A stretch of 59,310 nucleotides of DNA from a virus (IMGVR_UViG_3300010366_000014:1-59310), one strand, 5' to 3'. Shown: positions 28,010 to 38,375, counted from the stretch's first letter. Notes: generated by a model from the letters alone, not told the origin. Numbers and translations: made by a program.

Positions 28010-29896
28010 ATGGCGATCATCCGCAAGGAGGGTCACGTCACGTCCGCTCCGGTCACCGTCACCTTCGCGGGTGCGGGCTGGACCGGCGCGAACGCCGCGA
28101 ACCAGACCTACTCCGATCCGGCGTGCTCGGGCAGCAACATGTCATTCACGTACGGCGCAAACGATACCGCCACCTATGCGGTCGCGGCGGGATCCGGCTT
28201 CACGGGGTGCCTGCTCGTCGGTCGCTGCACCTACGCGGGTGATCCGAACATCACCGTGATCGTGGACGGCGTCACCCACGGCACGTGGAGCCAGCAGATC
28301 GTCACCCAGACAGCCGGGGTGCCGCAGTATTTCCTCTATTGGTACTTGTACAAACCGATCGACTGGATCACGACCGACCCGACCGGAGCGAACGCCCACA
28401 CGATCGTCGTGCGTTGTAGCGGCGGCGGGCAGCTCTGCATCGACTGCCTCGACTTCTATGACGCGGCGCGCAACGCCACCCTCGAATCCGTCTATGTCTT
28501 CGGGAACTCCCTCGCCTACGGCAGCGATCCGACCAACCCGCCCACGGGCCAGTACGCAAGCCCCGCCGGGATGGAGCTGGCCCGCCTCCTCGGCCTGGGC
28601 AGCGCGCTGAACGCGGGTGTCAATGCCGCCGATCTGACGAACGGGCAGAACGGCGCGTACGGCCCCGGTGGCGTGTCGAACATGCAGTTCTTCTCCAACG
28701 GCGCGGTCGCGCTCCCCGATTACTCGCGCGCCTACGGCAACTGGAACAATGACCAGCGGCGCTACGGCGTCCTCTTCCACCAGCACAATGATGTCGGCTA
28801 CAGCCAGCTCTACAACGATCCGGTCGGCTGGGGCTACACGGACAACCACTCGAATGGCGCGGCACCGTGGAAGTCGGGTTCCGTGATCTACTGGAACCCG
28901 CCGATCACCTCATCCGGTGGCAACGCCGTCTGGACGCTCAACTACAACAGCCTGACGACCGTCATCTCCTACACGGACGCTGTCTCCGTCATCAATAACA
29001 AGATGCAATCCGCGAACATCCCGTACACCTGTTTCCGGCTCGGACAGGATCAGTCAGTCGGGCCGGGGTGCTTCTACTTCATCGCCAACAACGCGCGTGC
29101 CGAGCCCGCCGGGGCAACGAACGGCCTGATTACCCAGACCAATGTGCTGAACGTCACCACCGGAGCGTACGGGCAGATTCAGCCGAACAACAATGAAACC
29201 GTCCTGCTCCATTCCGGTTCCGTCCCACCGACGAGCGGCACCTTCACGACCACCTGGGGGAGCAAGACCGCCACCCACAACGTCGGTGACACCGCCGCGC
29301 AGATGAACACCACCTTCGGCGCGGCGGGGTTGCCGTACAGCGCCGCCTCGATCACGGGCACCGCGCTGATCACCGCGAACAGCCTGCGCCAGTTCACCAG
29401 CAGTGCCTTCGCCTACGGCTCACACGGCTACCCGCTGACCTTCAACTTCGCCAACGTCCTGCCCGTGAACCACACGCTGACGGTTTCCAGCGATCTGGTC
29501 GTCGGTCGCAACGCGGCACCCGCCGGGACGGGCTGGGCGGAGAACCGTTTCTTTCTCCGCTTGCGCGAGATGCTCTGGCGGCGGCAGATGAGCGTGCGGG
29601 ACGGCTTCGTCCTCTGCGTGCCGTCCCCGCCCAGCAACGACCTGAACGTCGGCGCGAACCAGTACTACAACCTGCTGATCCAGCGGGCCTGCGCCGACCC
29701 GTCCGTCAAGAACGCGGTCTGTGTGGACATCTGGAATGCCCTCTCCAGCGGCAGCGGGCCGGGGAACAACCAGGGCACGATGAACGCGGACGGCGTCCAC
29801 TACACCCAGGCGGGACACAGTGTCGTCGGTTCCTTACTCTACGACGCGGTGCGGATGACGCGGCTCGAGCAGCAGAAAGTGCGCGCCGCGCGCTAG
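28010..29896 (+). CDS. Virion-associated SGNH/GDSL esterase-like protein
   Basis: VFGNSLAYG (block I), HNDV, DGVHYTQAGH (block V); large insertion between blocks. Confidence 0.75.
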   Translation: MAIIRKEGHVTSAPVTVTFAGAGWTGANAANQTYSDPACSGSNMSFTYGANDTATYAVAAGSGFTGCLLVGRCTYAGDPNITVIVDGVTHGTWSQQIVTQTAGVPQYFLYWYLYKPIDWITTDPTGANAHTIVVRCSGGGQLCIDCLDFYDAARNATLESVYVFGNSLAYGSDPTNPPTGQYASPAGMELARLLGLGSALNAGVNAADLTNGQNGAYGPGGVSNMQFFSNGAVALPDYSRAYGNWNNDQRRYGVLFHQHNDVGYSQLYNDPVGWGYTDNHSNGAAPWKSGSVIYWNPPITSSGGNAVWTLNYNSLTTVISYTDAVSVINNKMQSANIPYTCFRLGQDQSVGPGCFYFIANNARAEPAGATNGLITQTNVLNVTTGAYGQIQPNNNETVLLHSGSVPPTSGTFTTTWGSKTATHNVGDTAAQMNTTFGAAGLPYSAASITGTALITANSLRQFTSSAFAYGSHGYPLTFNFANVLPVNHTLTVSSDLVVGRNAAPAGTGWAENRFFLRLREMLWRRQMSVRDGFVLCVPSPPSNDLNVGANQYYNLLIQRACADPSVKNAVCVDIWNALSSGSGPGNNQGTMNADGVHYTQAGHSVVGSLLYDAVRMTRLEQQKVRAAR

Positions 29897-29907
29897 GAGG
29901 ATGATGG

Positions 29908-32535
29908 ATGGCCCAGCTCAGCCTCGTCCTCTGTGACCTGATGCTCAACCCGATCGCGCAGGAATGGGCGATCGAGGAGATCCTCTCGGCGACGATCCAG
30001 ATGGAGGAGCTGGATCAGTTCTCGCCGCACTCGGTGACCGTCTCCGGCTCGTTCCGGCGCAACCTCAATCTCCTCAACGGCATGACGGCCGTGCAGATCA
30101 TCGACGCGGATGTCGGCACGATCGCCTACGGGCTGATCGTGGACCCGGAGAATCAGATCACGGCCGAAGACCAGCACACGATCACCCTCAATCTGCCGAA
30201 CATCACCGAGCTGCTCCGCTACTCCACCACCGGCCAGGGCTGGGTCGCGGGCTACGTCTCCAGCACGCCGCTCGCCGGCGCGGGAGGCCCGACCGACGGG
30301 CTGACGCTGGCCCAGATCGTGGAGCGGCTCGGCGCGATGCGTGCCGGCTGGTTCGCCCGCTGTGTCGATTACGGCCACGACGCGCAGTACGTCCTGCGCT
30401 TCGAGGATGCCACGCTGCTCGGTGCCCTGCTCGACGCGGCGGAGAAGACCGGCGGCCACGCCCGTCAGGTCCACCTCGAGGATCAGCGGCCGACGATGGG
30501 GATCGAGCTGGGCGTCTTCGGCGCGGCACCGGCGATGGAGATCATCACCCCGGAGGGCGGCGACGCGCAGCAGATCCTCACCGACAATCCGAACGCGCGC
30601 CTCGCGGAGACGATCACGATTCATCCGGCGGACTACTCGAAACTCGTCAACGTGATGACGCCCCTCGGGGCGGGCAGTGGCATCAATCAGGTCCGCTTCC
30701 GCCGGCTCTTCAAAATCCTCTACGACATCACCTATGACCACTGCCGCTACAAGAACGGCATGGACCCGACCAATGTGGCCGCGCTGATGGCGCAGTATTT
30801 CCCCGAGTATGACCCGGCCTACGAGATCCCGGGCGCACCGGGCGGCGATCAGCGCTGGCACCCGACGCGGCCATTCAAAGGCAACTCCTGGGCGGACGAG
30901 TTCGCGATCCGCCTCGACACCGGCGCGGATGGCTATGAGTACTGCATCCGCGACGTGCAGTCGCTGCACGACTGGAACCAGCGGCTCAGTCCGCCGCCGA
31001 ACCCCGGCCAGGGCGAGTTCCGCGCTCCCTTCACCGACGCCTCGATCAGCTACGTCGATAGCAACATCAACAATCAGGAGCTATCGGAGCGCGCGCTCTA
31101 TGTCGCGGCAAAGGCCCAGCTCCAATGGTACTCGCAGCCGCAGCGATCGGTGAGCGTGACGACCGTCGGCACCCGCCGGCCGCCGCGTGCCGGTGACAAG
31201 GTGCTCGTCAACTACGGCCGCACCGGCCTGGATGCACTCGGCAGCTTCCCCGAGATCGATGAGCGCAACGAGTACTACGTCGTCGGCGTCGTGCGCGAAT
31301 ACGGCGATGTCGTCCGCGACACGTGGACGCTGACGAGTAACGGCCGCCACCCGCCGGACGCGACCTCGAGCGCGCGCGACACGACACGCGGCATGATCGA
31401 GGCGATCCGGATCGTGCCGACGACGAGCGTGGCGATCTACCCGTTTGAATCCGGCCGCGTCAAGATCGACGCCACCCACCCGCACACGATCTACTGGGAG
31501 ATCCCGGCCTCGGCCTTCCGGATCCAGCAGGCCAAGTTCCACCTGACGACCTACCCGGTCCGGCATGACATACAGGAATCGACGACGGACGACGGCGCGC
31601 ACCGGCACGACGTGACGATCCCCGCGCTCAAGGTCAACGTCTTCCCGATGATCAACCACGTCCACGAGGCACCGATCCCGAACCACACCCACGGTGGGGT
31701 CCATCAGGCCTACAGCACGACGGGGGAGACGAACATCGGCCACGGCCAGGGCAGAAGCGTCGATGCCTACGGCGGCGGCGACGTGGCGAACAGCGGCCGC
31801 GCGAATCAGGCCCAGCTCGACAACCAGCTCCTCAACCACCAGCATACGATCGGCTTTATCTCCGGCGGCGATCCGGACTCGCTCAACCCGAAAGGCATCT
31901 TCTTCTATTCCGGCTCGGCGAATCCCTCATCCGGCGGCGCGCAGATCCAGTCGCAGGGGCGGGGCGGCACGATCAACACCAACTACTGGAACGCCTCGAT
32001 CAACAGTGACCACGGCCACGGCTCCTCGGTGAAAGCGGGCGGCGGCGGTATCGTCAACGATCTGCCCTACACGACCCGCAACCTGGGCAGCGGCGCGACA
32101 CCGGTGGCCTGGGACACGATCCCCTACTGGTCCCCCTATAACGCGACGGACTACACGGACACGAACTTCTATTTCCAGGGCGTGACGACACCGGAGACGG
32201 TCAGCACGATCATGGGCGGCCAGGGGACCGGCGAGGAGAGCGACCATCACCACGCCTTCGTTACCGGCATCTTCGAGGAGCCGTTCACCCCGAACGTCAA
32301 CATCACCCTGAATAACGGCAAGGGGCTGACGCACCTCTGGTCCTTCCCGGGCTGGGTGCTCGGCTCGACCGAGTTCACGCAGTACGTCGAGGACTCCTGT
32401 GGCGTGACGATCACCTTCGAGCTGCGCGGCGTCGGCGATGACAGCAACAACAAGGACGGGCTGTGCGAGGTCTCGCTCAGTGGCTTCGCGGTCGTGGAGC
32501 TGCTCGGCGTCGGCTCGCAAGTGCTGCAAGGATAA
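29908..32535 (+). CDS. Tail tip/baseplate hub (Tal-like) protein
   Basis: LVNVMTPLGAG, RAGDKVLV, His-repeat C-terminus; tail module. Confidence 0.7.
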   Translation: MAQLSLVLCDLMLNPIAQEWAIEEILSATIQMEELDQFSPHSVTVSGSFRRNLNLLNGMTAVQIIDADVGTIAYGLIVDPENQITAEDQHTITLNLPNITELLRYSTTGQGWVAGYVSSTPLAGAGGPTDGLTLAQIVERLGAMRAGWFARCVDYGHDAQYVLRFEDATLLGALLDAAEKTGGHARQVHLEDQRPTMGIELGVFGAAPAMEIITPEGGDAQQILTDNPNARLAETITIHPADYSKLVNVMTPLGAGSGINQVRFRRLFKILYDITYDHCRYKNGMDPTNVAALMAQYFPEYDPAYEIPGAPGGDQRWHPTRPFKGNSWADEFAIRLDTGADGYEYCIRDVQSLHDWNQRLSPPPNPGQGEFRAPFTDASISYVDSNINNQELSERALYVAAKAQLQWYSQPQRSVSVTTVGTRRPPRAGDKVLVNYGRTGLDALGSFPEIDERNEYYVVGVVREYGDVVRDTWTLTSNGRHPPDATSSARDTTRGMIEAIRIVPTTSVAIYPFESGRVKIDATHPHTIYWEIPASAFRIQQAKFHLTTYPVRHDIQESTTDDGAHRHDVTIPALKVNVFPMINHVHEAPIPNHTHGGVHQAYSTTGETNIGHGQGRSVDAYGGGDVANSGRANQAQLDNQLLNHQHTIGFISGGDPDSLNPKGIFFYSGSANPSSGGAQIQSQGRGGTINTNYWNASINSDHGHGSSVKAGGGGIVNDLPYTTRNLGSGATPVAWDTIPYWSPYNATDYTDTNFYFQGVTTPETVSTIMGGQGTGEESDHHHAFVTGIFEEPFTPNVNITLNNGKGLTHLWSFPGWVLGSTEFTQYVEDSCGVTITFELRGVGDDSNNKDGLCEVSLSGFAVVELLGVGSQVLQG

Positions 32536-32539
32536 CGGC

Positions 32540-32842
32540 ATGAAACTGAAAGACCTCCGGGCGCTCGTGCCGCTGACGCGGCTGCGGCCGCCGCATACCA
32601 ATGGGCACCATCCGGACGAGCCGGAGTCGCTGATCGTCTCCTTCGACGCCCGCGACGGCAAGCGCCGCGTGCTGATCGTCGTGGACGGCGAAGGCGCCTT
32701 CGAGCCAGTCCAGTACTACGGCGTCCGGGGCGCGAACGGCGACCAGGGTCTGCACGAGGCCGCGACGATCGCCGCCCACGGTGCCCTGATGTGCGCGCAG
32801 CGCTCCTGGGCGCACGCGGCGGCGCAGGACGGTGCGCCATGA
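32540..32842 (+). CDS. Hypothetical protein
   Basis: MKLKDLRALV..., AAGGA RBS. Confidence 0.6.
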   Translation: MKLKDLRALVPLTRLRPPHTNGHHPDEPESLIVSFDARDGKRRVLIVVDGEGAFEPVQYYGVRGANGDQGLHEAATIAAHGALMCAQRSWAHAAAQDGAP

Positions 32843-33198
32843 CCGTCTCGATCCGTTCGCTGGTCGCTCGGGTGGTTGAGCCGTTCCGGACCCCGCCCCC
32901 GCCGGCGGTACGCCACATCGACGCGGGCGCGCTGCTCCGGCCGGAGTCGCACTTCCCGCTCGTCTATGTCACCAACATCAGCGGCTGGAGCGAGGATCCC
33001 CGGACCTCCCAGGTCTCGTTCTCGCTCAAGCACGGCGCGGAGTACGTCCACGAGGCGGCCAGCTTTCAGGTGAAGGTGCCCGGACCCGACGGCGACCTCT
33101 TCGACAAGCGCGGCGCGTACGTCGTCGTGCTCGCGCCGGTCACCTCGCAGGCCCAGGTCGATCAGATCCTCCGTCTGGCGCGGCAGTTCCACACCTAG
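32839..33198 (+). CDS. Hypothetical protein
   Basis: ATGA overlap with the previous gene. Confidence 0.6.
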   Translation: MTVSIRSLVARVVEPFRTPPPPAVRHIDAGALLRPESHFPLVYVTNISGWSEDPRTSQVSFSLKHGAEYVHEAASFQVKVPGPDGDLFDKRGAYVVVLAPVTSQAQVDQILRLARQFHT

Positions 33199-33291
33199 CA
33201 CCACAGTCGTTTCCATCCCGAACGACGCTCCTGGGCGATCCTGGCGCGTTTACGGGGCATTCGCGCGCGCGCGCGAGAACACGAGACACCG

Positions 33292-34899
33292 ATGCAGCTC
33301 GGCATTCACGCACCGACGCAGGGATGGACCGGCCGCGCCCAGCAGACGGCGGCGGCGCTCGACGCGGAGGCCTTCCTCTGGCTGGCCGCCGAGCGGGTCA
33401 CGGACGCCTACCCGTACACGACGGCGCTGCACATCGTGCGGCTGGCGAACTGGGCGACGACGGACACGCCGATCGGCTACACCAACGCGGTGGCCGGCAC
33501 GGTCAATAGCTGGGCGAGCCTGCCCGGGGTCGTCTTCCAGTGCGGCAACGAGCCGGACGCGGAGGCGGGCCACAACGGCGAGATGTTCCCCCAGATCGCG
33601 GCGGCGATGCGATCGCGCTGGCCGACGATCCTCCTGGCCAATCCCCCGCTCCGCCCCGAGAACTGCGGCGCGCTCACGGACGAGACCTGTGAGGCGGCCG
33701 ACTTCATCGCCTGCCACTGCTACTGGCAAGTCAATCACCCCGAGGACGAGGCCAACCCGGGCCTGGGCGCGGCCTACCGCCAGCTCCTCGACTACGGCAT
33801 CCCCGTGATCGTGACGGAGGTCAACGCCGTGCCGGCCTCGGGCAACGGCAATGACCCGAATGTGCCGTGGGACGAGCGCAACACCCAGGTGGCGGACTGG
33901 GCCTTCCAGGCGATGGCGGACGGCGTCGCCGCGTGCTGCATCTACCTCGCGGACGCGGCCCCGGACTGGGCCGGCTTCGATGTCGGGCCGGAGGCGGCGG
34001 CGGACATCCGCGCCCAGTACGACGAATGGATGGACGATCCCGACCCCGCGCCGCCGCCGCCCGAACCACTCCCCGACCCCCGACCCCCCGATGGAGGTGG
34101 CACGATGGTCAGCGCGCAGGATGTCATCGACATGGCATCCACCCAGCTCTACTGCCCGCGATCAGGTGCGTATGATTCGCTCAACGGAGACCATCCGTGG
34201 GCCTATTGGTGTTTGGCTTTCGTTGAAAGTACCCATAGGAACTTAGGGCTAGACGTACCACCTCAATCCTCGGCGTATCAGGCTGGTCTGTCGTTCGACC
34301 TGAATGGCGGCCCCGCACCATTAGGTGCAGCCATGTTTTTTGGGCAGTCCTTTTATTACCCCGATGGCCATGTTGCCTTCAGCACCGGCGATGACTGGTG
34401 CCTGGGGACGGTGACGAACGGTGAGGGTGTCGATTACTGCTACTGGAACTCCACGACCAATGGCTACATGGGTTGGACCTATTACCCGGGGGTGACCCCG
34501 GCCGATGCGCCCGCGCCCGATCCGCCGCCGCCGACGTGGCTGGTGCAGCCGGGGAATCCCTATCAGGAGGGGAAGCCCGACGAGATCGGCATCGGCGGCG
34601 GGTTCCTCAGGTACTACAACGCGATCGCGATCGGCCAGGATCCGATGGTCGCGCTCGGCTACGCGCGCGAGCGGGAGTGTGATGCCTACGTCACCGACGC
34701 GGACGGCACGACGAACCTGCGCACGATTCAGCGCTTCGAGCGCGCGACCCTGATCTATCAAGAGGGTGAGCCGTTCCCGTGGGATGTCGTGGCCGCCCTG
34801 TTCAATCAGCAGATCGCGAACGCGGCTCCGCTGTCACAGGGCGCTCCGGAAGGCGACCCTGACGCCAGTCTGGATGTATCTGCGGATGACGCGACTTGA
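33292..34899 (+). CDS. Modular endolysin: glycoside-hydrolase-like domain, CHAP/NlpC-like peptidase, Chloroflexota-type 'FERA' repeat
   Basis: GNEPD, HCYW and VTEVN (clan-A GH-like); Pro linkers; WCLAFV...GHVAFS; GGGFLRYY...LGY...IQRFERATL. Confidence 0.8.
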   Translation: MQLGIHAPTQGWTGRAQQTAAALDAEAFLWLAAERVTDAYPYTTALHIVRLANWATTDTPIGYTNAVAGTVNSWASLPGVVFQCGNEPDAEAGHNGEMFPQIAAAMRSRWPTILLANPPLRPENCGALTDETCEAADFIACHCYWQVNHPEDEANPGLGAAYRQLLDYGIPVIVTEVNAVPASGNGNDPNVPWDERNTQVADWAFQAMADGVAACCIYLADAAPDWAGFDVGPEAAADIRAQYDEWMDDPDPAPPPPEPLPDPRPPDGGGTMVSAQDVIDMASTQLYCPRSGAYDSLNGDHPWAYWCLAFVESTHRNLGLDVPPQSSAYQAGLSFDLNGGPAPLGAAMFFGQSFYYPDGHVAFSTGDDWCLGTVTNGEGVDYCYWNSTTNGYMGWTYYPGVTPADAPAPDPPPPTWLVQPGNPYQEGKPDEIGIGGGFLRYYNAIAIGQDPMVALGYARERECDAYVTDADGTTNLRTIQRFERATLIYQEGEPFPWDVVAALFNQQIANAAPLSQGAPEGDPDASLDVSADDAT

Positions 34900-35089
34900 T
34901 CTGCGCGCACAGGTCCGGATCGTCCAGGCAGGCCGTGATGAACATGCCGATCCAGCCGGAGCGCGCGCCGCCGGCCTCGACGACGAAGCTGTCCAGGCGC
35001 GCGAGCAACTCCCGCTCGATATTGAGCGTAATCGGTTGTGTGTGGGTGGTGCGCCGGCGGCGATCGCCGGTCTCAGCCCGTGTTGCCAT
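34802..35089 (-). CDS. Ribbon-helix-helix/CopG-like DNA-binding protein
   Basis: PITLNIERELLARLDSF...RSGWI. Confidence 0.55.
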   Translation of the reverse strand: MATRAETGDRRRRTTHTQPITLNIERELLARLDSFVVEAGGARSGWIGMFITACLDDPDLCAQIKSRHPQIHPDWRQGRLPERPVTAEPRSRSAD

Positions 35090-35091
35090 GC

Positions 35092-35484
35092 TTATTCCTG
35101 TCCTTCCTCTTCCCTATCTGCCCCCTGGTCGTGCTCCCACACGATCAGGGGTTTTTTTACGCCCAGCATTTCAGCCACGTCGGCCACCATTTCCGTGTGG
35201 AGTAGCTCGGCCGTCTCCCAGGTGAGGGCGCGCTGATAGTAGGTCTGCCCGTCCGGCAGGAAGACCATCGTCTCGAAGCAGCAGCCGTGGAAGCCGAGGA
35301 ACTGCCCGAGGAAGACGGTCGAGACGCGCGCCGCGCCGACCATCGTCTTCGCGACCCGCCGCTCCGCGTGATGCCAGTGCATCCACTCGTTCCACACGTC
35401 GTAATCCTCGATGCCGAGCGGCACGACCGTGCGGCCGTCCTCGGCCAGAATGCAGATGATGTAATGGCGATCAGCGTCCATCAT
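35092..35484 (-). CDS. Conserved phage hypothetical protein
   Basis: VSTVFLG...FETMVF...TWETAELLH pattern. Confidence 0.7.
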   Translation of the reverse strand: MMDADRHYIICILAEDGRTVVPLGIEDYDVWNEWMHWHHAERRVAKTMVGAARVSTVFLGQFLGFHGCCFETMVFLPDGQTYYQRALTWETAELLHTEMVADVAEMLGVKKPLIVWEHDQGADREEEGQE

Positions 35485-35755
35485 TCCAGGCGCTCCCCCA
35501 GAGGCTGCCGCAATAAAAGTTCGCCTCGTTGCGATTGAGCCGGATCTGGATGCCCAGCTCTCCCGCCAGCACGACGACCAGTGCGTCACCCGTCTCGGGA
35601 TGGGTGCCGATGTAGACGCGCTCCGCGTCGATCGTCCCCTGGATCAGGAACTCCGGCCACTCGCCGTCGTTCACGAGGGTGATCGTCGCGCCGCATGCGA
35701 GGGTGCCGGCCACGCCGGCGAGAAAACGCAGCCGCCGCTCATCCGCTTCATTCAT
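35471..35755 (-). CDS. Hypothetical protein
   Basis: GGGGAG RBS; overlapping operon structure. Confidence 0.65.
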   Translation of the reverse strand: MNEADERRLRFLAGVAGTLACGATITLVNDGEWPEFLIQGTIDAERVYIGTHPETGDALVVVLAGELGIQIRLNRNEANFYCGSLWGSAWNDGR

Positions 35756-36000
35756 GGCGTCTCCCCGTCATCGGCCAGATACGACGCGCCCAGCTCGGCG
35801 TAGTAGGCCTCGTCCAGCTCGACCATCGCGCCGAGGATGACCCGCATGATGTACCGCCGGGTCCAGGCGCTCTGGCGGAGGGTTTCGTCGTCGTAGACGT
35901 TCATGAAGCTGCGCATCAGGCGGAAGACCTGCATTTCCGCCTCGAACACGACGCGCTGCCGGCCGCGTCGCGCGGCCTCGCTGTGGTCACGGCCGTCCAT
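35752..36000 (-). CDS. Hypothetical protein
   Basis: TGATG overlap, MDGRDHSEA... Confidence 0.6.
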   Translation of the reverse strand: MDGRDHSEAARRGRQRVVFEAEMQVFRLMRSFMNVYDDETLRQSAWTRRYIMRVILGAMVELDEAYYAELGASYLADDGETP

Positions 36001-36383
36001 CAGGCGTCGGGCGGGCGGCGCGGCGGCGCGTGCCACGCGGGCGTGTAGCCGGCCGGCCAGTCCTCCGGGTAGCGCGCCGTGTCCGCGAGGATCAGGCCAC
36101 CGGTGTCGGCGATGAAGATCCCGAAGGCGGGGTGCCAGACGACACCGACGTGGTGCTCCTCGCGGCAGTGCGGGCAGAGGCAATCGACCCAGACGAGCGT
36201 CTCGATCTCGTTCGGGTCGCCGCCGTCGGCCTCGCCGTAAAGCATCTTCTCTTTGAGATCGAGCTGGACCATGAACATCCCGCCCTGGATCGAGAAGGCG
36301 AGCAGCTCCATCGTGTCGAACGAGAGCAGCGGCATCAGCGCCCCGGGGAGCACCGCACCGGGCGGCAGTTTCTTACGGGGCAT
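36000..36383 (-). CDS. Hypothetical protein (CPHC)
   Basis: GGAGG RBS. Confidence 0.65.
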   Translation of the reverse strand: MPRKKLPPGAVLPGALMPLLSFDTMELLAFSIQGGMFMVQLDLKEKMLYGEADGGDPNEIETLVWVDCLCPHCREEHHVGVVWHPAFGIFIADTGGLILADTARYPEDWPAGYTPAWHAPPRRPPDA

Positions 36384-36645
36384 CGGGCACCTCCGGCGTG
36401 CGGACGTACGGCGTCCAGCCGATCCCGGCCAGACAGGCGTCGGCGCAGGCGCGCAGCTCCGCCTCGGTGAGCAGGATGCGCTGGGTGACCGTGCCGGCCG
36501 TGGCGATCGAGAGCATGAACAGGTCGCCGCCGTTCGGGCTGACGATGAAGGTGCGGGCGCTGCGGCCGGCGCTAATCGTCCGCTTCGATCCGCTGGGGCG
36601 GGGTTGGCCGTCTGCTGGCTGCGTCGAGGAAGGCTGCCCGGGCAT
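36373..36645 (-). CDS. Hypothetical protein
   Basis: AGGAGG RBS; overlaps the neighbouring ORF end. Confidence 0.5.
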   Translation of the reverse strand: MPGQPSSTQPADGQPRPSGSKRTISAGRSARTFIVSPNGGDLFMLSIATAGTVTQRILLTEAELRACADACLAGIGWTPYVRTPEVPDAP

Positions 36646-37225
36646 CGTCGTCCTCCTGAGTGCTGACCCGTTCGTATTCATTGAGCAGATCGGTGGCGGC
36701 CATCGCCAGCCGATTGAGCGCGCCGGTGACCGCGAACCGGACCACGTGATAGGGATACTTGAGCCGCAGCCCCTTGATCACCTGATTGACCGCGACCGCG
36801 AGGATCCGATAGGCGCGCTCGTAGGCGAGCTGCTGCTGCGGGCTGCTGTAGGCGGCCGCCTTCGCGCGCTCCTGCACCCCCCGCCGACGCTCCTCCGGTG
36901 TCACCTCCGCGCGGCGCTCGACGTAGTTCGTCGGCTTCGGTTTCTCCCTCGGGTTCTCGATCCGGTTGTCCACGTCCGTGAGGATCTCGCGGATCCGATA
37001 CGTATCGAACCCCGTGTCCTCCATCGCCTCCACGGCCTTGCGCAGCGCGCGCTGCACCTTGATGACGCCCTGCCTCTCCACCTTTGCTCGCTCCTTCTCC
37101 AGATCCGCAAGCGTCACCGCAGCGAACGCATGGCCAACGCGGGCCACATCCTCGGGTGTCATCCACGCGGGGATCGCGGGCGGCCGTGGCGGGTTCTTGT
37201 TCCGCCGATAGACGACCATCGTCAC
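36572..37225 (-). CDS. Hypothetical helical protein
   Basis: GAGGGG RBS; ORF track. Confidence 0.7.
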   Translation of the reverse strand: MTMVVYRRNKNPPRPPAIPAWMTPEDVARVGHAFAAVTLADLEKERAKVERQGVIKVQRALRKAVEAMEDTGFDTYRIREILTDVDNRIENPREKPKPTNYVERRAEVTPEERRRGVQERAKAAAYSSPQQQLAYERAYRILAVAVNQVIKGLRLKYPYHVVRFAVTGALNRLAMAATDLLNEYERVSTQEDDDARAAFLDAASRRPTPPQRIEADD

Positions 37226-37692
37226 CCCTCTCTGTCCCAGCGACTGAGACTGCGTGCGTTGATCTTGTAGTCGAACTGTGCCGCGTCCGCCGGCAGCGTG
37301 CCGGTCTGCCAGTGGTGGCGCAGCCCCTCGCGCAGCTCGGCGACCACCTGATCGTTGGCGTCGTCGCGCCAGCGGCCCGGCTTCTGCATCGTGAGCAGAT
37401 CGGCGACGTACGCCGCGAAGTCGATCTGCTCGTGGAAGGCGTAGATGTCGTACTGGACGCCCATGTCCCAGTACGGTGACTGGAAGATCGCGAGCAGGTA
37501 GCTGCCCGGGACGGTCTCGTCCGTTCGCACCAGAATCACGGCCGGTGCCAGCGCGAAGACGGGGTCGAAGAGCAGCGTGTGATAGCCGGTCCAGGGCGGC
37601 ATCTCCTCGAGCGCGACGAACATCTGGGCCGTCGTCAACCCGGAGGTGTTCCGGTAGGTTTTGATCCGCTTGCCGCTACTGAACTTGCGCAT
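37222..37692 (-). CDS. Hypothetical protein
   Basis: ORF track; operon continuity. Confidence 0.7.
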   Translation of the reverse strand: MRKFSSGKRIKTYRNTSGLTTAQMFVALEEMPPWTGYHTLLFDPVFALAPAVILVRTDETVPGSYLLAIFQSPYWDMGVQYDIYAFHEQIDFAAYVADLLTMQKPGRWRDDANDQVVAELREGLRHHWQTGTLPADAAQFDYKINARSLSRWDREG

Positions 37693-37703
37693 TGAGTCCC
37701 CCG

Positions 37704-38375
37704 CTATGCAGCGCCGCGCTTCATGTCGATCACGTTCGTATTGTCGCGCTTTTCCGCCAGTTCGCGATCGCGCGCGCGCCGCTTCTCCTTCGCGTCCACC
37801 TCTTTCTGTTTGCGTGCCAGGACGGCCGCGTTCGTGTCGGCGGCCGAGAGCACGACCCGGCCGTCCTCGGATCGGTAGCGCTGGATGTCGAGCTGCTGCG
37901 GCGATGACTGCGTGAGGTAGACCTGAAGCGAGGAGGTCGCGATGTTCAGCATCCGCGCCGCCTCGGCGTAGCTGTAGCAGAGGATACCGGCCGGCTGCTT
38001 CGGCAGCGGGTCACGCTTCTGGCGCTGCTCGGGTGGCGGCACGACGATGCCGCCCCGGATCTGCTCGCGCCGGACCATGTTGCCGAGCCGGATCGCCTGC
38101 TTCTGCCAGCGGTCCTGCTGATCGGTCGCCACGTCGTGCGCCCACTGGAGCGCATCGAGCCGGTGCACAAACCAGCGGTCGCCTCTCTTCACCCCGAAGA
38201 GCGGCCGTTTCTTGCCGTACTTCAGCGCGTAGTGGATCCGGGCGTGCTTGAGGTGGGTCACCCGGGTCAGCTCCGAGAGCATGAGATAGTCGCTGATCTC
38301 GGGCGCGCTCTCCTCGATCCCCGAGCGGATCTCCTCCAAGAGTTGCAAATCAATCTGCTGAGCTTCTTCCGCCAT
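37704..38375 (-). CDS. DNA-binding protein with two excisionase-like HTH domains
   Basis: YLMLSEL...VKRGDRWFV and YSYAEAARMLNIATSSL. Confidence 0.7.
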   Translation of the reverse strand: MAEEAQQIDLQLLEEIRSGIEESAPEISDYLMLSELTRVTHLKHARIHYALKYGKKRPLFGVKRGDRWFVHRLDALQWAHDVATDQQDRWQKQAIRLGNMVRREQIRGGIVVPPPEQRQKRDPLPKQPAGILCYSYAEAARMLNIATSSLQVYLTQSSPQQLDIQRYRSEDGRVVLSAADTNAAVLARKQKEVDAKEKRRARDRELAEKRDNTNVIDMKRGAA

